The notes: generated from the sequence alone by a model not told the origin. A DNA stretch of 64,000 nucleotides from Basidiobolus meristosporus CBS 931.73 (GCA_002104905.1 MCFE01000148.1:1-64000), one strand, 5' to 3'; positions 24,185 to 36,600 are shown, counted from the stretch's first letter. Program-made: numbers and translations.

Positions 24185-25831
24185 TTATGCATGAGAAGTG
24201 ATGTTTTTCGATTGAATGGCAGCCATGACCTCCCCGGCGGGGCACCCAGCAGGCGCAAAGTGGACGACGAAGTTCCCGGGGACGTAACTGTTGGGGAAGG
24301 TATTGAACACGCTGGAGTCGCCGAAAATGTGCGCTCCATCAGCCCACTTGGGATTCCTGGTCACCTCCCACATAGCCTTCTGCTCGTAGTACACGGTGTT
24401 GTAGTTTTCCTGTCTGTGTTGTACCGCCCGCAGGAAGTCAAATGCCCACGGGCTGTTCTTCAGAAGGAACACTCCCGCGTTGAACATCGGGTCCCTTCTT
24501 GGCTTCGTGATGAATAGACTCTTCTTGGCGAATTCCTCATCACCCAGCTCCTGACGGAACCTCTCGAGGATATCTTCGAGCCGGATCTCCTCGTTCATGA
24601 CCACCGCGTCCATGTCCAGCCAGAACAGCCAGTCATACTCCGGCAGGATCTTCTCGATGGCATCGATTTTCCCCCACACAATCCGACGGCCTCGATACAC
24701 CTGTTGCGCGAATTCGTCGGACCGGGCGACGAAGTAGTAGCCGTGCTTTGCGGCGTAGTTACGCTTGTTGATGGCGCTCAATAGGCCGGCGTCCATCATG
24801 CATCCATCCTTGTAGATGTAGCTACTAGTGATGACACCGATCTTGCCCTCTTGGCGAGTGTCCACGCAGAGCGGTGGCTGGTTGGATGGGAGGCGCGCGG
24901 TGAGTTGAACGAACTCGTCCAGCTGATAGATCATTGAAACGGCGATGGTACTTTTCGGAACCAGGCTGGCGCTGTTGGGCCACTCGATGAACCGTTTGTC
25001 GTTGATCATGGAGATGTGGGCAACCTCTTTGTCGGTCCTGCGGCTCAAAAGATAGGGGACGATGGAAGATCTCCAGGTCGGGGGTGGGAGCAGCGAGGGC
25101 GAGGTCAAAAGCTCCTCCACAAGATGCGCACCAAGCACCACCGCACGGGTCTGATCGCCTTCGAGCTCGAGGTTCCCCCACAATACGGATAGCTTCTCAG
25201 GATCGGTGGCCTCCTGAGCCATGTAGTCCAGCTCAGAGAGGATCTGGTCAAAGCGCACATAGGAGTGGGAATCCAAGAGCATGACATGGCGGAAATCGAA
25301 CGACTCCTCGGTGTCCCTCGACGTCGATACCCATCGAAGCATGGCGTACTCCTTCTTCCTAGGGGAGGACTTTGGCAGGGTGATGATATCATCATACTCC
25401 ATCAGCTCCGATCGAAATTGACGCTGATCTTCGTTACTCAGGTCGCTCTCGGTCACGAAGAATTTGTAGTGGATACGACCATTGGCTTTCAAACAGGGCT
25501 TAAGATTGTTGGTCATGCCGAACAGCTCCTTGCGGAGGAGCTTTCTGTTGGCGAAGTAGTTCATCTCTGAGGCGATGAGAACCACCAGGTCGTATTTAGG
25601 AAGGGCAGCAGTGGCCTCATCGTCGCCAGGCAAGCCGTCGTAGTAATCGTCGGAGCCTTGCGGGGTCACCGCCGGGTATCCGTTGGGTGTTTGTGAGGAA
25701 TGGTCGAGTGCGTCTAGCGATAGGTTCCACTGGCCCGCTCCATCCAATGTGTTGAGGTAGCTGAATCCAAAGAACAGACACAACGCAATCACGAAGATGG
25801 TGATCAGTATCACGCGGACCTTTCGCGTCAT
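24185..25831 (-). CDS. Type II membrane glycosyltransferase: degenerate GT31-like domain fused to a GT34 (MNN10/GMA12 family) domain, intronless
   Basis: N-terminal TM after MTRKVRVILITIFVIALCLFFGF (ATG 25831; the ORF track extends 19 codons upstream). C-terminal INKRNYAAKHGY, WGKIDAI, YDWLFWLDMD (DxD), FNAGVFLLKNSPWAFDFL, EQKAM, FVVHFA are GT34 hallmarks. Middle domain resembles GT31. Confidence 0.9.
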   Translation of the reverse strand: MTRKVRVILITIFVIALCLFFGFSYLNTLDGAGQWNLSLDALDHSSQTPNGYPAVTPQGSDDYYDGLPGDDEATAALPKYDLVVLIASEMNYFANRKLLRKELFGMTNNLKPCLKANGRIHYKFFVTESDLSNEDQRQFRSELMEYDDIITLPKSSPRKKEYAMLRWVSTSRDTEESFDFRHVMLLDSHSYVRFDQILSELDYMAQEATDPEKLSVLWGNLELEGDQTRAVVLGAHLVEELLTSPSLLPPPTWRSSIVPYLLSRRTDKEVAHISMINDKRFIEWPNSASLVPKSTIAVSMIYQLDEFVQLTARLPSNQPPLCVDTRQEGKIGVITSSYIYKDGCMMDAGLLSAINKRNYAAKHGYYFVARSDEFAQQVYRGRRIVWGKIDAIEKILPEYDWLFWLDMDAVVMNEEIRLEDILERFRQELGDEEFAKKSLFITKPRRDPMFNAGVFLLKNSPWAFDFLRAVQHRQENYNTVYYEQKAMWEVTRNPKWADGAHIFGDSSVFNTFPNSYVPGNFVVHFAPAGCPAGEVMAAIQSKNITSHA

Positions 25832-28719
25832 CTTATAGTTGATGTGAGTAGAGGTGGTGCAAGGGATGGGTTGAATGGCCCAAGACAATGGGGGATGCGG
25901 ACTTCTCGAAGTCGGACAGCCCCGTTATATAGGTTTGGTCCGATTGAGACAGCCAGCAGCCAATTTTCAAGTGCAACCTGCGCAACTGATTAATTTAGCG
26001 TGAAGGGAACGTAATTGGCTTAATCGCCGCGGCGTAATCGGTTTCTATATCCATGATTTCTAGAATGCTCATAAATCCCGATGGAGTTAATTCGCACAAC
26101 TTTGGGCAAGTGTCTGTTGGCTAAGGTGTACCGCTTTCACGAATGTGTAACCGTCGGGTGTGGGGCGCTCAATCTGAGTGAAGGCACTGAGGATTCAGTT
26201 GGCTAACTGGTTGCCATACGAGGCATCGCCCTCGTCGCGACTGGGAGACAAACACCATGCCCACTGCATTGAGTGCGCCTTGATGACCCAACCAAGGCCC
26301 CATCCACCTGCCTCGAGTTGCGCACGTCTCATTCGGATGAAAAACCAGATTCACGGCGTCCACGGCAATGGCTGCCACATCGAATTCCGACTCAATCACG
26401 GGGTTGCGGATATTAAATCCTTCATTGACTTGTAGGCGCCCCTGAGTGGAGGGAAGTATTTTCCGCCCAAGAGGTTGCTGGCTCTGGTTGGTCCTCGCGC
26501 CTCGCAGAATGCGCACCTCGGCGGAGCATCGAGGGGGTGGCTACCGGCGAGTGACGAGAGGACTCTTCAGTCGCAGAACCATTACGCCAGCCAGTAGAGT
26601 AATCAGCAGGAAGCATAAATGGTTTACTTTCCACATGAACTACCAATGGGTGGTCTCATGAAAAATTTCCTTCATTTAGAATGGATGAACCGTTCATCCA
26701 GATGAGCACCAACAGATAAATCAAAACGTCATTCTAGTCAACCGACGGGTTGTTCAGAGTGGGACGCTCTAACCTTAATCGCGATGCAGCAGGCATTGAG
26801 GCATCATTGCCTGCATCACATGCAGCATGAGCTAGTGTGTAACCTTGGAGGGACGCCGGATGGGATCTATTTTTAGATGAGATAAATATTTCGCCCATTC
26901 TCACTGGACTCCGATGAAGTGAGTGCGGCGCTCCAATTGGCCCGCGCTAACTTGAGAGGATCTCGAGGAAACATGAAGTTGGCGAGGGTTTGATATTTTG
27001 GCGCCAAACAACCTGCCTCAAGCCAGTACGGGCCAACAGCCAACCGCTGGTATTGCCTGGCCTAGCATGGTGCTGCACTGACTCCGTGCGCAAATTGAAT
27101 CGATTGGGTGCCGATGCCATCAGACTCGATGAGGGTTGTATTGTGTGAAAGTGCACCATGGTTCTACACAGCATGGCTAAAGGATCAGGCGGCCGAACAC
27201 AGCCACCGTTGATATTCGCATGGATTCGAGAACGCCTTGCGCAACGCTGATCTACATATCCAAGGAGACAAGGCCCTTTTTGGAAGCGTCTGTGTTGCTT
27301 AGGTGCCTCCTCATCAGATCAGTCTAATTGGCAGAGATGTGACACAGAGTTTATTGGGCGGGAGGGAGTTGTCATTTGAACACGGTGGATCTAATCACTC
27401 CACGATTCGATAGATAATCCCAACCTGAAACTGACTCTCAATATCGGCGGTTTTGCTAGCGCCCAAGTCCGGATGGACTGCCTTCAGGTGAATATCGAGT
27501 TTTAACATCTTTATCCAGTGGAAACCACTTCTCAACAGGAAGGTGCAGGTCGCAGACGCATGTCACTCTCTGTGGTGTACGAGGGAGATCCGGCCTCAGT
27601 CGAATGGAATATTCTTTTCTCGAAGCAGCCGATGCAACTTGGAGTGTTTATTTAGTTTACAAATCGATTTCCTGTCTGCAGAATCTACCGGCTTGAGGAT
27701 GAGCGCATATTACGCCATTCTCAACCTGGTCCATCTCATTAGAGAATGTGCAGTTTCTCCAGTCCCGATTGCTCCATTGTGCCATCCTTGTGCATCCTGT
27801 CTTTTCGAGATTTGCGTCCTCCCTCGAATTATTGCAGACGACAAGATGAAGGAATGGAGCAATCTGCATCTCATGAACCAGTAAACCCGTTAATATCCTC
27901 GTCACTTTTTTAGATTGCCAAGCCTGCAGCTGACCTTGATACCTAACACTGGCGAAGACCTCGTCCCCTTTCTTGGGTCAATGGCCAGAGCCTTTGGGCT
28001 TAGTGGCGAAAAGACTTATGAGGGTGGATATAGGGTTTGGACTCACAGATATGCCCAGCGCTCGCGCATTCCCAAAATCCTGTTGGGTGATTATAATCGA
28101 TGTGTGGTTTTGAGCCACATCGTATCAGTGAAGTCTCGCCAAGTAATTGGATGAGAAACCGGATTCCGTTGATTCAGGCATCATGTGGCTCAGTGGTTAA
28201 GCTGAAACATATGAGTATCATGTGCGCGGAAGTCTGTTAATGAAGTGCTTGATAGGTACCATAGTGGGGGGGGAGGGTTGAAAGGCCTGTACCGATAAAC
28301 AATTCTGTAAATGTATATATATCTTGAGAAGCTAAGCTCAAAATAGGAGTTTGAATTGGCAATTGTCAACCACGAAATTAGAGGCGATTCTGATTACTAT
28401 CAACATTGCAAAAGTGCCATTGTCCGTTTTATTCTTCGATGCTGTAAATCCCCCTTAAATGGATTCTGTTTGCTTTTACTATTGTAAAGATTTTCTTCAA
28501 AGTTCACCAGCTGAAATTGACATACTTGAAACTTTCCTCAATCAATGATCCTCCGCACTACTATGAAATGCACCGGTGCCCATCATTCCAACAACATCTT
28601 CCACAATACGATCATTCCAAGCTTATACAGTTACCATCTTCCTAGCGCATCTTCCCTCAAATTGCGCCTGGGCTTTGCATTCTCTACTTCTGTTATAAAT
28701 AGCTGGTTTCACCTATCTA

Positions 28720-29085
28720 TTCCTCTATCAAGGATTAAACTCACATTTCATCTGGTATTCTGCTGGTATTTGGAGGTACTTCTCTGATATTCTGCAGATG
28801 TTCTGAGGGCAGTTTTTGTTGTATGAGTATTGGAGATATTAGAAGTGATTGGGAGAATTAGTAGATTATGTGGTTTTCACTCAATGATTTATCGAATGCA
28901 AAGGTAGTAATTATACTTTCACAGGGACTTGGCAAAGCAAACACATAGAATACGTTTAGGAAGGTCCCAAGAGTATGTGTGCAAAGTTTGGGGCTGTTTG
29001 GTCAACTTTGTGATATTTTATGTTCTGGGTGCCTGATGGTTTGGTGAAAATATTCCAAGTAAATCCCAACAAGGGTTTTGTTTAA
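28720..29085 (+). mobile_element. Least-decayed copy of the non-autonomous CCCTA-family element (3' part missing)
   Basis: CTGGTATTCTGCTGGTATTTGG head plus GGAAGGTCCCAAGAGTATGTGTGCAAAGTTTGGGG core shared with >=8 other loci in the window. Confidence 0.8.
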
Positions 29086-29721
29086 ATGAGACGAACAGTT
29101 TCTATGAATTAGTGGAGTCTACAGATCTTTCAGACTCATCCATGTCTCCTATGTTTGACCATGGTTTTTTAGAGCCTTCCTAAGAACAGTCCCATCCTTA
29201 CATTCACGAAATTTCAAACTCCACAAACCACCAAGTCTCGTACCATTTTTTGCTGGTTATAGAACTTGGATGAAGCTGATTCCCAGTGGGTATTCCAACA
29301 TTGACAATGATACTTACCCTGCACAATCATCAATGAAGAGATGTTTTCTAAACCATAGGAAAGTGTATACTATCCGGGTATATGGAGTATCAGGTCCCAC
29401 ATGATTAACCATTTGATTCATCTGTTCATGCCACATTCCCAGTTCCAGGAATTATTCTCCTGGTAAAGGCTTGGTATATCGTTGATTGGCAACTGCCTTC
29501 CAATGATCATTTCATACACGCGATCTTGGGTCAGGAATTGGACGAATCAGGTGACCCAAGGGGTTGATTTGTGACGACATACTGGGAGGGATTTTTTTAC
29601 AGTATGCCAGGCAACATTCACTCAAGTGGCGGGGGGGGGTCCGGTTGAGGCAAAACCTTTCACGCGGTATACGTGAACGGTTTCTTCCACCTGACTGAAC
29701 GAAGCAACCCGTGACCACACC

Positions 29722-30534
29722 ATGTCGAACAACGATTCCTCCGAGGAAGAGGACTATCTATCGATGGACCTCACCGGGCTCGTCGAGCAGCCTAAAGAGG
29801 CGACCTACTCGGAGCGGAGAAAGCAGAAGACCATCGAGCAACGACAAAGAGGCATCATAAAACCCCTGCGCCAGGCCGAGAAGGAGACACGTGAGGCGGG
29901 CTTATCCACCCGGATCGAAGCGGATAACAAAGGGTACGAGCTATTGAAGAAGATGGGCTATTCCGAAGGGATGTCCCTGGGGAGATCTATGCCGGGAAGA
30001 GCCGAGCCCATTCCAATAGTCATTCGAACCAAACATTCCGGGCTGGGCCACGAGGAAGAGCTGAAGCGAAAGCGGGATGCCGAACTTGAAAAGATGAAAG
30101 TCATCGAGAAGAAGAGGAAGGAGGAGGAAGAGGAGGAGCGTGGCGACTTCCGGGAGAGAATGATGAGCAGGTTCGCCGAGAAGCAGATCAAAGGGGATAC
30201 CTGGAAATCAAGGATCGCCTGCGAACAATTAGACAAAGCTAAAGGATTGGAAGAGAGCCCGTTTTGGCCCAGGAGAAAGGCGGAAGAGGTGGCCGAGAGG
30301 GAAGGTGGTGACGACGATGAGGTTGAGAGTCGGGTCAAGAGTGAGGTGGTGGAGGAAGAGCCCACAGAGGAGAGCCCATCTGAATTTGAACTTCTCGAGC
30401 CAAAGGAGCAATTGGCCCAAGTCACCGCGTATCTGCGTGAAGTGCATCTTTATTGTCTTTGGTGTGGCGAAGGATTTGAGAGCATGGAGGATATGGAAGA
30501 GAAGTGTCCAGGCAACACTGCTGATGTACATTAG
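29722..30534 (+). CDS. GPATCH11: G-patch domain protein 11 (CCDC75)-like, 270 aa, intronless
   Basis: N-terminal EEEDYLSMD; G-patch NKGYELLKKMGYSEGMSLG...EPI...GLG; C-terminal DUF4187-type YLREVHLYCLWCG...CPG...H. Confidence 0.9.
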   Translation: MSNNDSSEEEDYLSMDLTGLVEQPKEATYSERRKQKTIEQRQRGIIKPLRQAEKETREAGLSTRIEADNKGYELLKKMGYSEGMSLGRSMPGRAEPIPIVIRTKHSGLGHEEELKRKRDAELEKMKVIEKKRKEEEEEERGDFRERMMSRFAEKQIKGDTWKSRIACEQLDKAKGLEESPFWPRRKAEEVAEREGGDDDEVESRVKSEVVEEEPTEESPSEFELLEPKEQLAQVTAYLREVHLYCLWCGEGFESMEDMEEKCPGNTADVH

Positions 30535-30895
30535 CCAGCTTAAATAAAGAAACGAGTAAAATTGATCCGGTGCTTTCGGGACTTTGGACCTCTTTACGTG
30601 AGGCTATGGGTTACGTGTGGTCCGTCTCCAAGATTGCTATTACATGGACTCGATCCTCTGCCCGGTAACAAATTGAAGATTTAACCACTTTATTCCGGTC
30701 TAAAATTAGCATACTCTGGGTAGGAAAGTTGGTGTCAAATGTAACCACATTATCTAAACGGTATATATGTACATTTGTTTTTCACGCTACAGGGAATGAC
30801 TGCTCTAGTTACTCAAAACGTTGCTCTACGCAAATACAAGGGGGGTGAGGTCTAAGAAAATTCAATTGGGCTTTGGAAGCTGGGTGAATCGGTCG

Positions 30896-32368
30896 TTACA
30901 GCAATAAAGGCGAGCCAGAGTCGTCGAAATCCAGCTCACCCATGCCCGGATTCGAAGTGGGCGGTGAGACGGCGAACACCTCTTCGGTGTGGGCTCTCAA
31001 GTGGTGATGGAAGCTGTCCAACTGGTAAAAGCTCTGCTCGCAGTTCTCCATTGGACAGGCGAATGGTTTGGCTTCAGCGAAAACCTCGCCATACCTTGGC
31101 AGATGCCCGTAGCGCTTTGCTTTCCTTGGATAGTGGGCTTGCTTAATGGGAGGTGACCTTGCATCCTTGATTGAATCAGCAGAGTGCGGAGCAATGCCCA
31201 TGAACGGACTGGGATAGGGGTTGGCCCACACGCCTTGATGGATCATCAGGTTTTTCCTACGCTGTTTGTAACTTGGGGAGCCGTCAAGCCCATGGATCAT
31301 GTTGAAGACTGGGTTCATGGAGTTGCTCAGAGGGAGCGATTGGAACATGTCCACAGAGAATTGCAGGTCCGAGGGATTCATGGGCAACCCATGGTTAGGA
31401 AAAGCGGCACCCAGAAGCAGACCATCTCTTTCACTCGAGAGCTCCGATTCAGACTTGGCCCGGCTATTGTCATCATAACCGGCACGGAAGATCGGTTCCG
31501 GTGTGGAAAAGAAATTGCTCCCTTGGCTCAACGAGTTAGGCGTATCGGGGGTGTACTGCTTTGCAGGGTAGGCGATGGACCCGCTAGAGGACGAGTCGAT
31601 TTCACCGGGATTCTCTGTATGATCAATCAAAGCTAAGGGGTCCGAGCTCGGACAAGAGGAGCCAGAAGCCAACCAACTATCCATGGACTGATCGATAGCG
31701 TTCAACAGATCTTGTTCAGCCTTGGCTTGATGCTGGAACTCCTCGGCAACGCTTGATATCTGATCAGAGATGGTGCTTTTGAGATCGGACATCAGTCCTG
31801 ATGGGTGGACGGCTTCGTTACAGGGCTCCAGCTGGATACCGTTGTATTGAAATGCTGGAGGCGATGATGTTGCCAAGGAGTAAGGGTTAACCTGAGAGTT
31901 GAGTGGAGTGGTAGTAGGCTCGGCGCCCAAGGCCTCCCGCTTCAGGTCCCTCTCAAGAGCATCCATAAAGAGGCGATCGTGTGGAACCGAATACCAGTAG
32001 AAGACCTTCTGCTTTTTTTGAGTCCGGATACAGTTGTTCTTGTAGAGCATCTCCAGGAACTCCGACCTCGGCTCCTCAAGGGTAGCGTCAATGCCAGGCT
32101 TTAGATTGCGAAGGTCACTGAAGATCCCCTCTTCAAATTTCTTGATGTTTTTGACTGGTCTCCCGAATGCCTGGAACCGAAAGACCAGACACCTTACAAT
32201 ATCCGTTCCGGTAATGTGGAACAGATTTTTCCAAAGGGTACACGAAACATACTCGCCATTGGGAAGCATGAATTTCCGGATGGACTGTTCAGGTCTCCAG
32301 TTGGCTGGTGCAGTAGCCAGAAAGTACTTGAGCTGCTCTAGTTGCTCTAAAATTTCGGCGTTTACCAT
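30896..32368 (-). CDS. STE12: Ste12-like transcription factor (STE domain plus one C2H2 finger), 490 aa, intronless
   Basis: LKYFLATAPANW, ITGTDIVRCLVFRFQAFGR, KKFEEGIFSDLRNLK, CIRTQKKQKVFYWYSVPHDRLFMDALERDLKRE = STE domain; CPMENC...HLRAH finger near C-terminus. Confidence 0.95.
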   Translation of the reverse strand: MVNAEILEQLEQLKYFLATAPANWRPEQSIRKFMLPNGEYVSCTLWKNLFHITGTDIVRCLVFRFQAFGRPVKNIKKFEEGIFSDLRNLKPGIDATLEEPRSEFLEMLYKNNCIRTQKKQKVFYWYSVPHDRLFMDALERDLKREALGAEPTTTPLNSQVNPYSLATSSPPAFQYNGIQLEPCNEAVHPSGLMSDLKSTISDQISSVAEEFQHQAKAEQDLLNAIDQSMDSWLASGSSCPSSDPLALIDHTENPGEIDSSSSGSIAYPAKQYTPDTPNSLSQGSNFFSTPEPIFRAGYDDNSRAKSESELSSERDGLLLGAAFPNHGLPMNPSDLQFSVDMFQSLPLSNSMNPVFNMIHGLDGSPSYKQRRKNLMIHQGVWANPYPSPFMGIAPHSADSIKDARSPPIKQAHYPRKAKRYGHLPRYGEVFAEAKPFACPMENCEQSFYQLDSFHHHLRAHTEEVFAVSPPTSNPGMGELDFDDSGSPLLL

Positions 32369-33102
32369 ATTAGTGTGTATATTATATATATGTGTGCGGA
32401 AGGAGGGGATCTATTGTCTATTGAATCAGAGAGGAACTCAAGGCTTGGCAAAGAATGGGGTGATCTTCGTCTGATTAGGATTCACTAAGGAGGCGAAAGG
32501 TCAACGAGTAGCAGCAAACTTGGCTGGTTGGTCGAGGTCTATATGGCAGAAGCACAGGTTGGAGAGTAAAAACGGGGCGATCTTGGAGTGGCGAAAATCC
32601 GGGGAATGGCTGTCTTTTTATGTGTCGAATGGACAGCCTAGAGATGTAGATCGCTAGCGCACATCCACAGTGGCCCTAGTAATTGAGGCATAATGAAAGC
32701 ATCCTGCAGATTTGCTGTTTGACAATGGGATCCCAACCTGTTAGAATCCCCGCACTTGAGATTTGTTTGGGTAGACATGGTGATCAACAAGCACGCGCAT
32801 CTTGCTGTTGGCCCGATCCTCATTTCCAGATAAATTCCGATGGATATCCAAAGAATGCCTATTCTCTAACGAGTGTAATGGAGTTTGAATAACAATCCGC
32901 CATCATGTTTGAATGGATTGTATTCAATAATCAAGTCCACCTGGATCGTTAACGGTCGTTGTGAGACAATATGCACATTTAATAACAGTTCGAACAAGAT
33001 CTAATTAGTCCTAGATTAACTGTCACAATCAACAAATCGACAACTAACCCTTATATCGGAAATATAAAGTTGGTACCATTGCTGACCTATGCGCCAATTC
33101 AT

Positions 33103-33133
33103 TGAAACAACAAGAAACGCCCATTTCGAAACA
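33103..33133. promoter_or_regulatory. Possible Ste12 binding-site (PRE-like) cluster upstream of the Ste12-like gene
   Basis: TGAAACA, AGAAACG and CGAAACA within 31 bp, ~740 bp upstream of the start codon. Motif match only. Confidence 0.25.
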
Positions 33134-33650
33134 ACAGCAGAAATTCCCGCCGCTTGGTTAGTATGCAATTAATTCCGATCGTCGACAATATCCCTCTGAA
33201 GCTAGCAATGCTCATTATTGAAAAAGACTATGACTCTTGTCTCTTACAATCCTTTCATATTATGATGAGTCGAATTATGATCTCCTTCATATCATTATCC
33301 TGGAGGTCGCCTCTAAACTCACCATAATCCACGAATTCAATCCCCCACAGTCTCTCCATACGGGCGGCACGTGAACGACTAATTGTTTTCCGCTTAAACA
33401 GGGATAACATAATTTGCTGTTGAGAGTTTATTTTCTGTTCGGCAGGCGAGTTGCAGGTGGACTGCATGAACTCCATACCAAACTGTTGTGCTTAGTGCGA
33501 AGCTAGTTGATTTCAGTACTTGGTGCTGTTCAGCTTCCATCCCAGCGTCCAGTGTGAATGCTTACATTAGATCAGCTTTTTACAATTTCCAGTCAGCAGA
33601 GTTCATCTAGATTCAATATATATGTATAAACCTGGATAACTGTTGGAACA

Positions 33651-36600
33651 TCAATCAGGTAAAATAGGCCCATGAGTAGAGTTCACATTATGAATAGCCC
33701 CCTTAGGGCGGTCCATTTTCTCCCCAACAATTTTGAGTAACATATCTGAGAATTTTTCCAGCTCACTTGTTGGCCAAGGGTTGGTCAATCCTGCAGTAGC
33801 CGTATTCTGTAATCGAGGTGGTTTGCATTTCGTATCGTTCATATATTTCGAATCCGGACCTTCGGTGGGATGAATGTTCGGACTGGCCACCCCGGCTTTC
33901 ATCTGTGTAGTATCTGGCATATTACTTGCAGCGGATGATATGGATGGATTCGCTTGTTGATTTGGTAAAGATTCAATTTGTACCAGTAGCTCCGTTAGTC
34001 CACGGCATACCTGTTCGAATAGATTACTTTCTGGGCCACTAGAAGGTAAGGATTGAAACAAATGTTGCTGTGTTTCCAGAGCATTACTGAGATCACATTG
34101 AAGTTGATAGATTCTATTCAGTATTTTGACAGAATCTGATGGGTTTACACTTCTCGAATCTTGGCTCTCTTTTTGTTGTCGAGTTGGCTTATGCGAAGAG
34201 TGTGATGACGTTCGGTATGCAATCTTCCGAGGTAATATGGTTGGATAGGGAGGGTGGTTTCGTGCCGAAGGCTCATTCCTTGATGAATTAAGTGAGTGCA
34301 TTCCAGCACTTTGTAGATTCCTACGGACAACATCCACTTCTCGAGCTCTGTTAAGTCGTGGCGGAGACATGATTTGAAAAGTGTCAGAGGTATCGATTGG
34401 AAAACTAAGTGAGCAAGACCGTTTGTATGTTGCGGATTTTTTTTGTTCACAAAGTGCCGAGGAACTCCGATTCTAAATTTCAATATAATTAGTATCGCAA
34501 CCAACAAAGTATAGAGAAACTATTAAATCGTACTGGCAATTTGGTAAGTGATTTAGGAGATTCCCTACCATTAAGCTTAACTACAAATTGTTCAAAAATT
34601 ACTCAAACACAAGCAAATTGGGAAAATCAGGTTACTTGTTGCATTGTTCACTTGCTTAAAAGGCTCCTCGTCATCAAGTGCTTCGTTCATGGAGGCGTTA
34701 TACGCTATTTCAAATGCCATGTTTTCCTCTTGCTTCCCTTTGTCTGTTGAAGATTGTATCGTGCTCTCCTCAACGGGAAAGATACGTATTATAGGTGTGG
34801 CAGCCGTATTTTCTGAAGATTTGAGATATATTGTATTATCACATTCATCATCTTCAAACGAATCTGAACTGGTAAATTCCTCATCATCAGTGCTAAAATG
34901 GCCATGTAAGCAGGATGAGTTTAGCAGAGATCTGCGCATGTCTGATATAGATAGTGGGGTGCTAGATGAATCAAGCGTATAGCTGATTCCGGGAAAACTC
35001 AATGTCCTGCTAGCATTGAAAGAGCCCTTGAGCCAAATAGTTCAGTAACCTTATATACATGGCACACGAGCAGATTATTATTACCTCATTTTTAGGTAAT
35101 TTCAAGCTTTGGTGCTCTTTAAACTCTGATATCACTCGACGGGAGGTAGTTTCTGCTCTTTGGGCCAGATTTTTGGTTGACACCTTTCGTTTGGAAATTT
35201 CTCGGTCTGGCTTTACTTTCCCCTTTGGGCTAATCGCGGAGGATTGAAGCACAGTGTTTCTAAAGTCGTTCATTGAGCTAGTCGCTAAATGGTCCGGGTT
35301 TGAAGCGGAGAATATCTGTTGATTTCTTCGCATTTTCTTGGTGGTAGTTGGATCCAAGGACCATACGAATACACACCCATCAGCTGCTGTAGAGATCAGT
35401 CTGGTGCAATTCTTTGAGAATTTAGCCGAGGTGATCTGCTCCGAATGCCCATAAAGCTTGGCAATTAAATTTCCGCTGCGAATATCAAATATACAGATAC
35501 TTTTATCAGAGCAACAAGCCGCAACGAAGGTGCCAGATGGGTCGAGTGATATTTTCAAAATACTGATATTTGGATTGTTTTCATCCCAGGGCTGAGGTCG
35601 GTAGGAGGTTTCTAGTTTACCAGCATTGATACTGAATAGTTGAAAACATTTATCCTGAGTAACAGAGGCAACTAAAGGCTTCACGGGGTCTATATCCATA
35701 TCATGTACTGAGGCTTTAGCGCAATGGATCTGATAGCTTACAAAAAAAGGAATATCTGCCGACTTCAAAAGATTAATCAACAGCATATATATATGTGTGT
35801 GTGTATTAAATTTCTAGATACAAGATTTGATATTACCTTCATTGCTTTTCGAAATATAACACTTTGATCAGTGCTACAGCTTATGAGCACCTGCCCGCCG
35901 TTTGTAAATTTTAGCGAGGTGATGGCTGCCGAATGATCATCTAATGACTGTATCAGAGTAAATGAATTATTAACGTCAAAGATGTGAATCATTCTATCAC
36001 GTCCGGCAGTAGCAATCATTAGAGGAAACCCTGTATTCGCAAAAGTTTATATATTAGTGGGTATACGCATACAATGGATTGTTCAGTACCTGTTGTGGAA
36101 GGATCCGAAAAATCGATTGCTAACACGTCTCCGATATGCACTTCTTGCTCGGAAACTTGCTTCATTGTTAACAGGTCATGAACTCTAAATATAAAGACTT
36201 AACCACTACTTCAAGCTGATTAAAAAAAATTTTAAACCTCAAATTCCCTTCCTTGTCACCGGACGCTATATACCTTCCATCAGGGCTGATCTTTATCGTG
36301 CGAATAGCTGTGTTATTGCTTGTTTTTGGAATAAGTGGAGTTGCTTTATCAGAGTCTGCAAAAATAATATTAATAATTGCTATCGAGTAAATACAAATTA
36401 TGTTATTCAGATTTACTCTCAGGTTTGGCGGATTCGCCCGAATGCTGGCCAATAAATAGTATACTTCGCAACTCTCGACTAAAAATATTTCCACTATACT
36501 GGGTGGGCCAGATTGGACTTTCTGAGCGTGTGCTGATCGAAGAGGTCACGTGTAGACGCTCCAAGTTCCAAAATCGAATAGTACCATCAGATGAGCATGT

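Noticed and set aside
28186-28201. TGGCTCAGTGGTTAAG, tRNA A-box/D-arm-like
   Set aside because: No anticodon stem, T-arm (GTTCRA) or acceptor stem downstream.
29310-29318. ATACTTACC resembling the U1 snRNA 5' end
   Set aside because: No U1 stem-loops or Sm site follow; it is simply the reverse complement of a GGTAAGTAT splice donor.
24191-31636. Long antisense/overlapping ORFs over the glycosyltransferase, GPATCH11 and STE12 genes (e.g. 24191-24517, 29958-30425, 31184-31636)
   Set aside because: Expected shadows of GC-rich codon usage; no family motifs.
33255-33476. 73-aa ORF between WDR62-like and STE12 as small gene or uORF
   Set aside because: No recognisable motif or splice link; length is within chance expectation.
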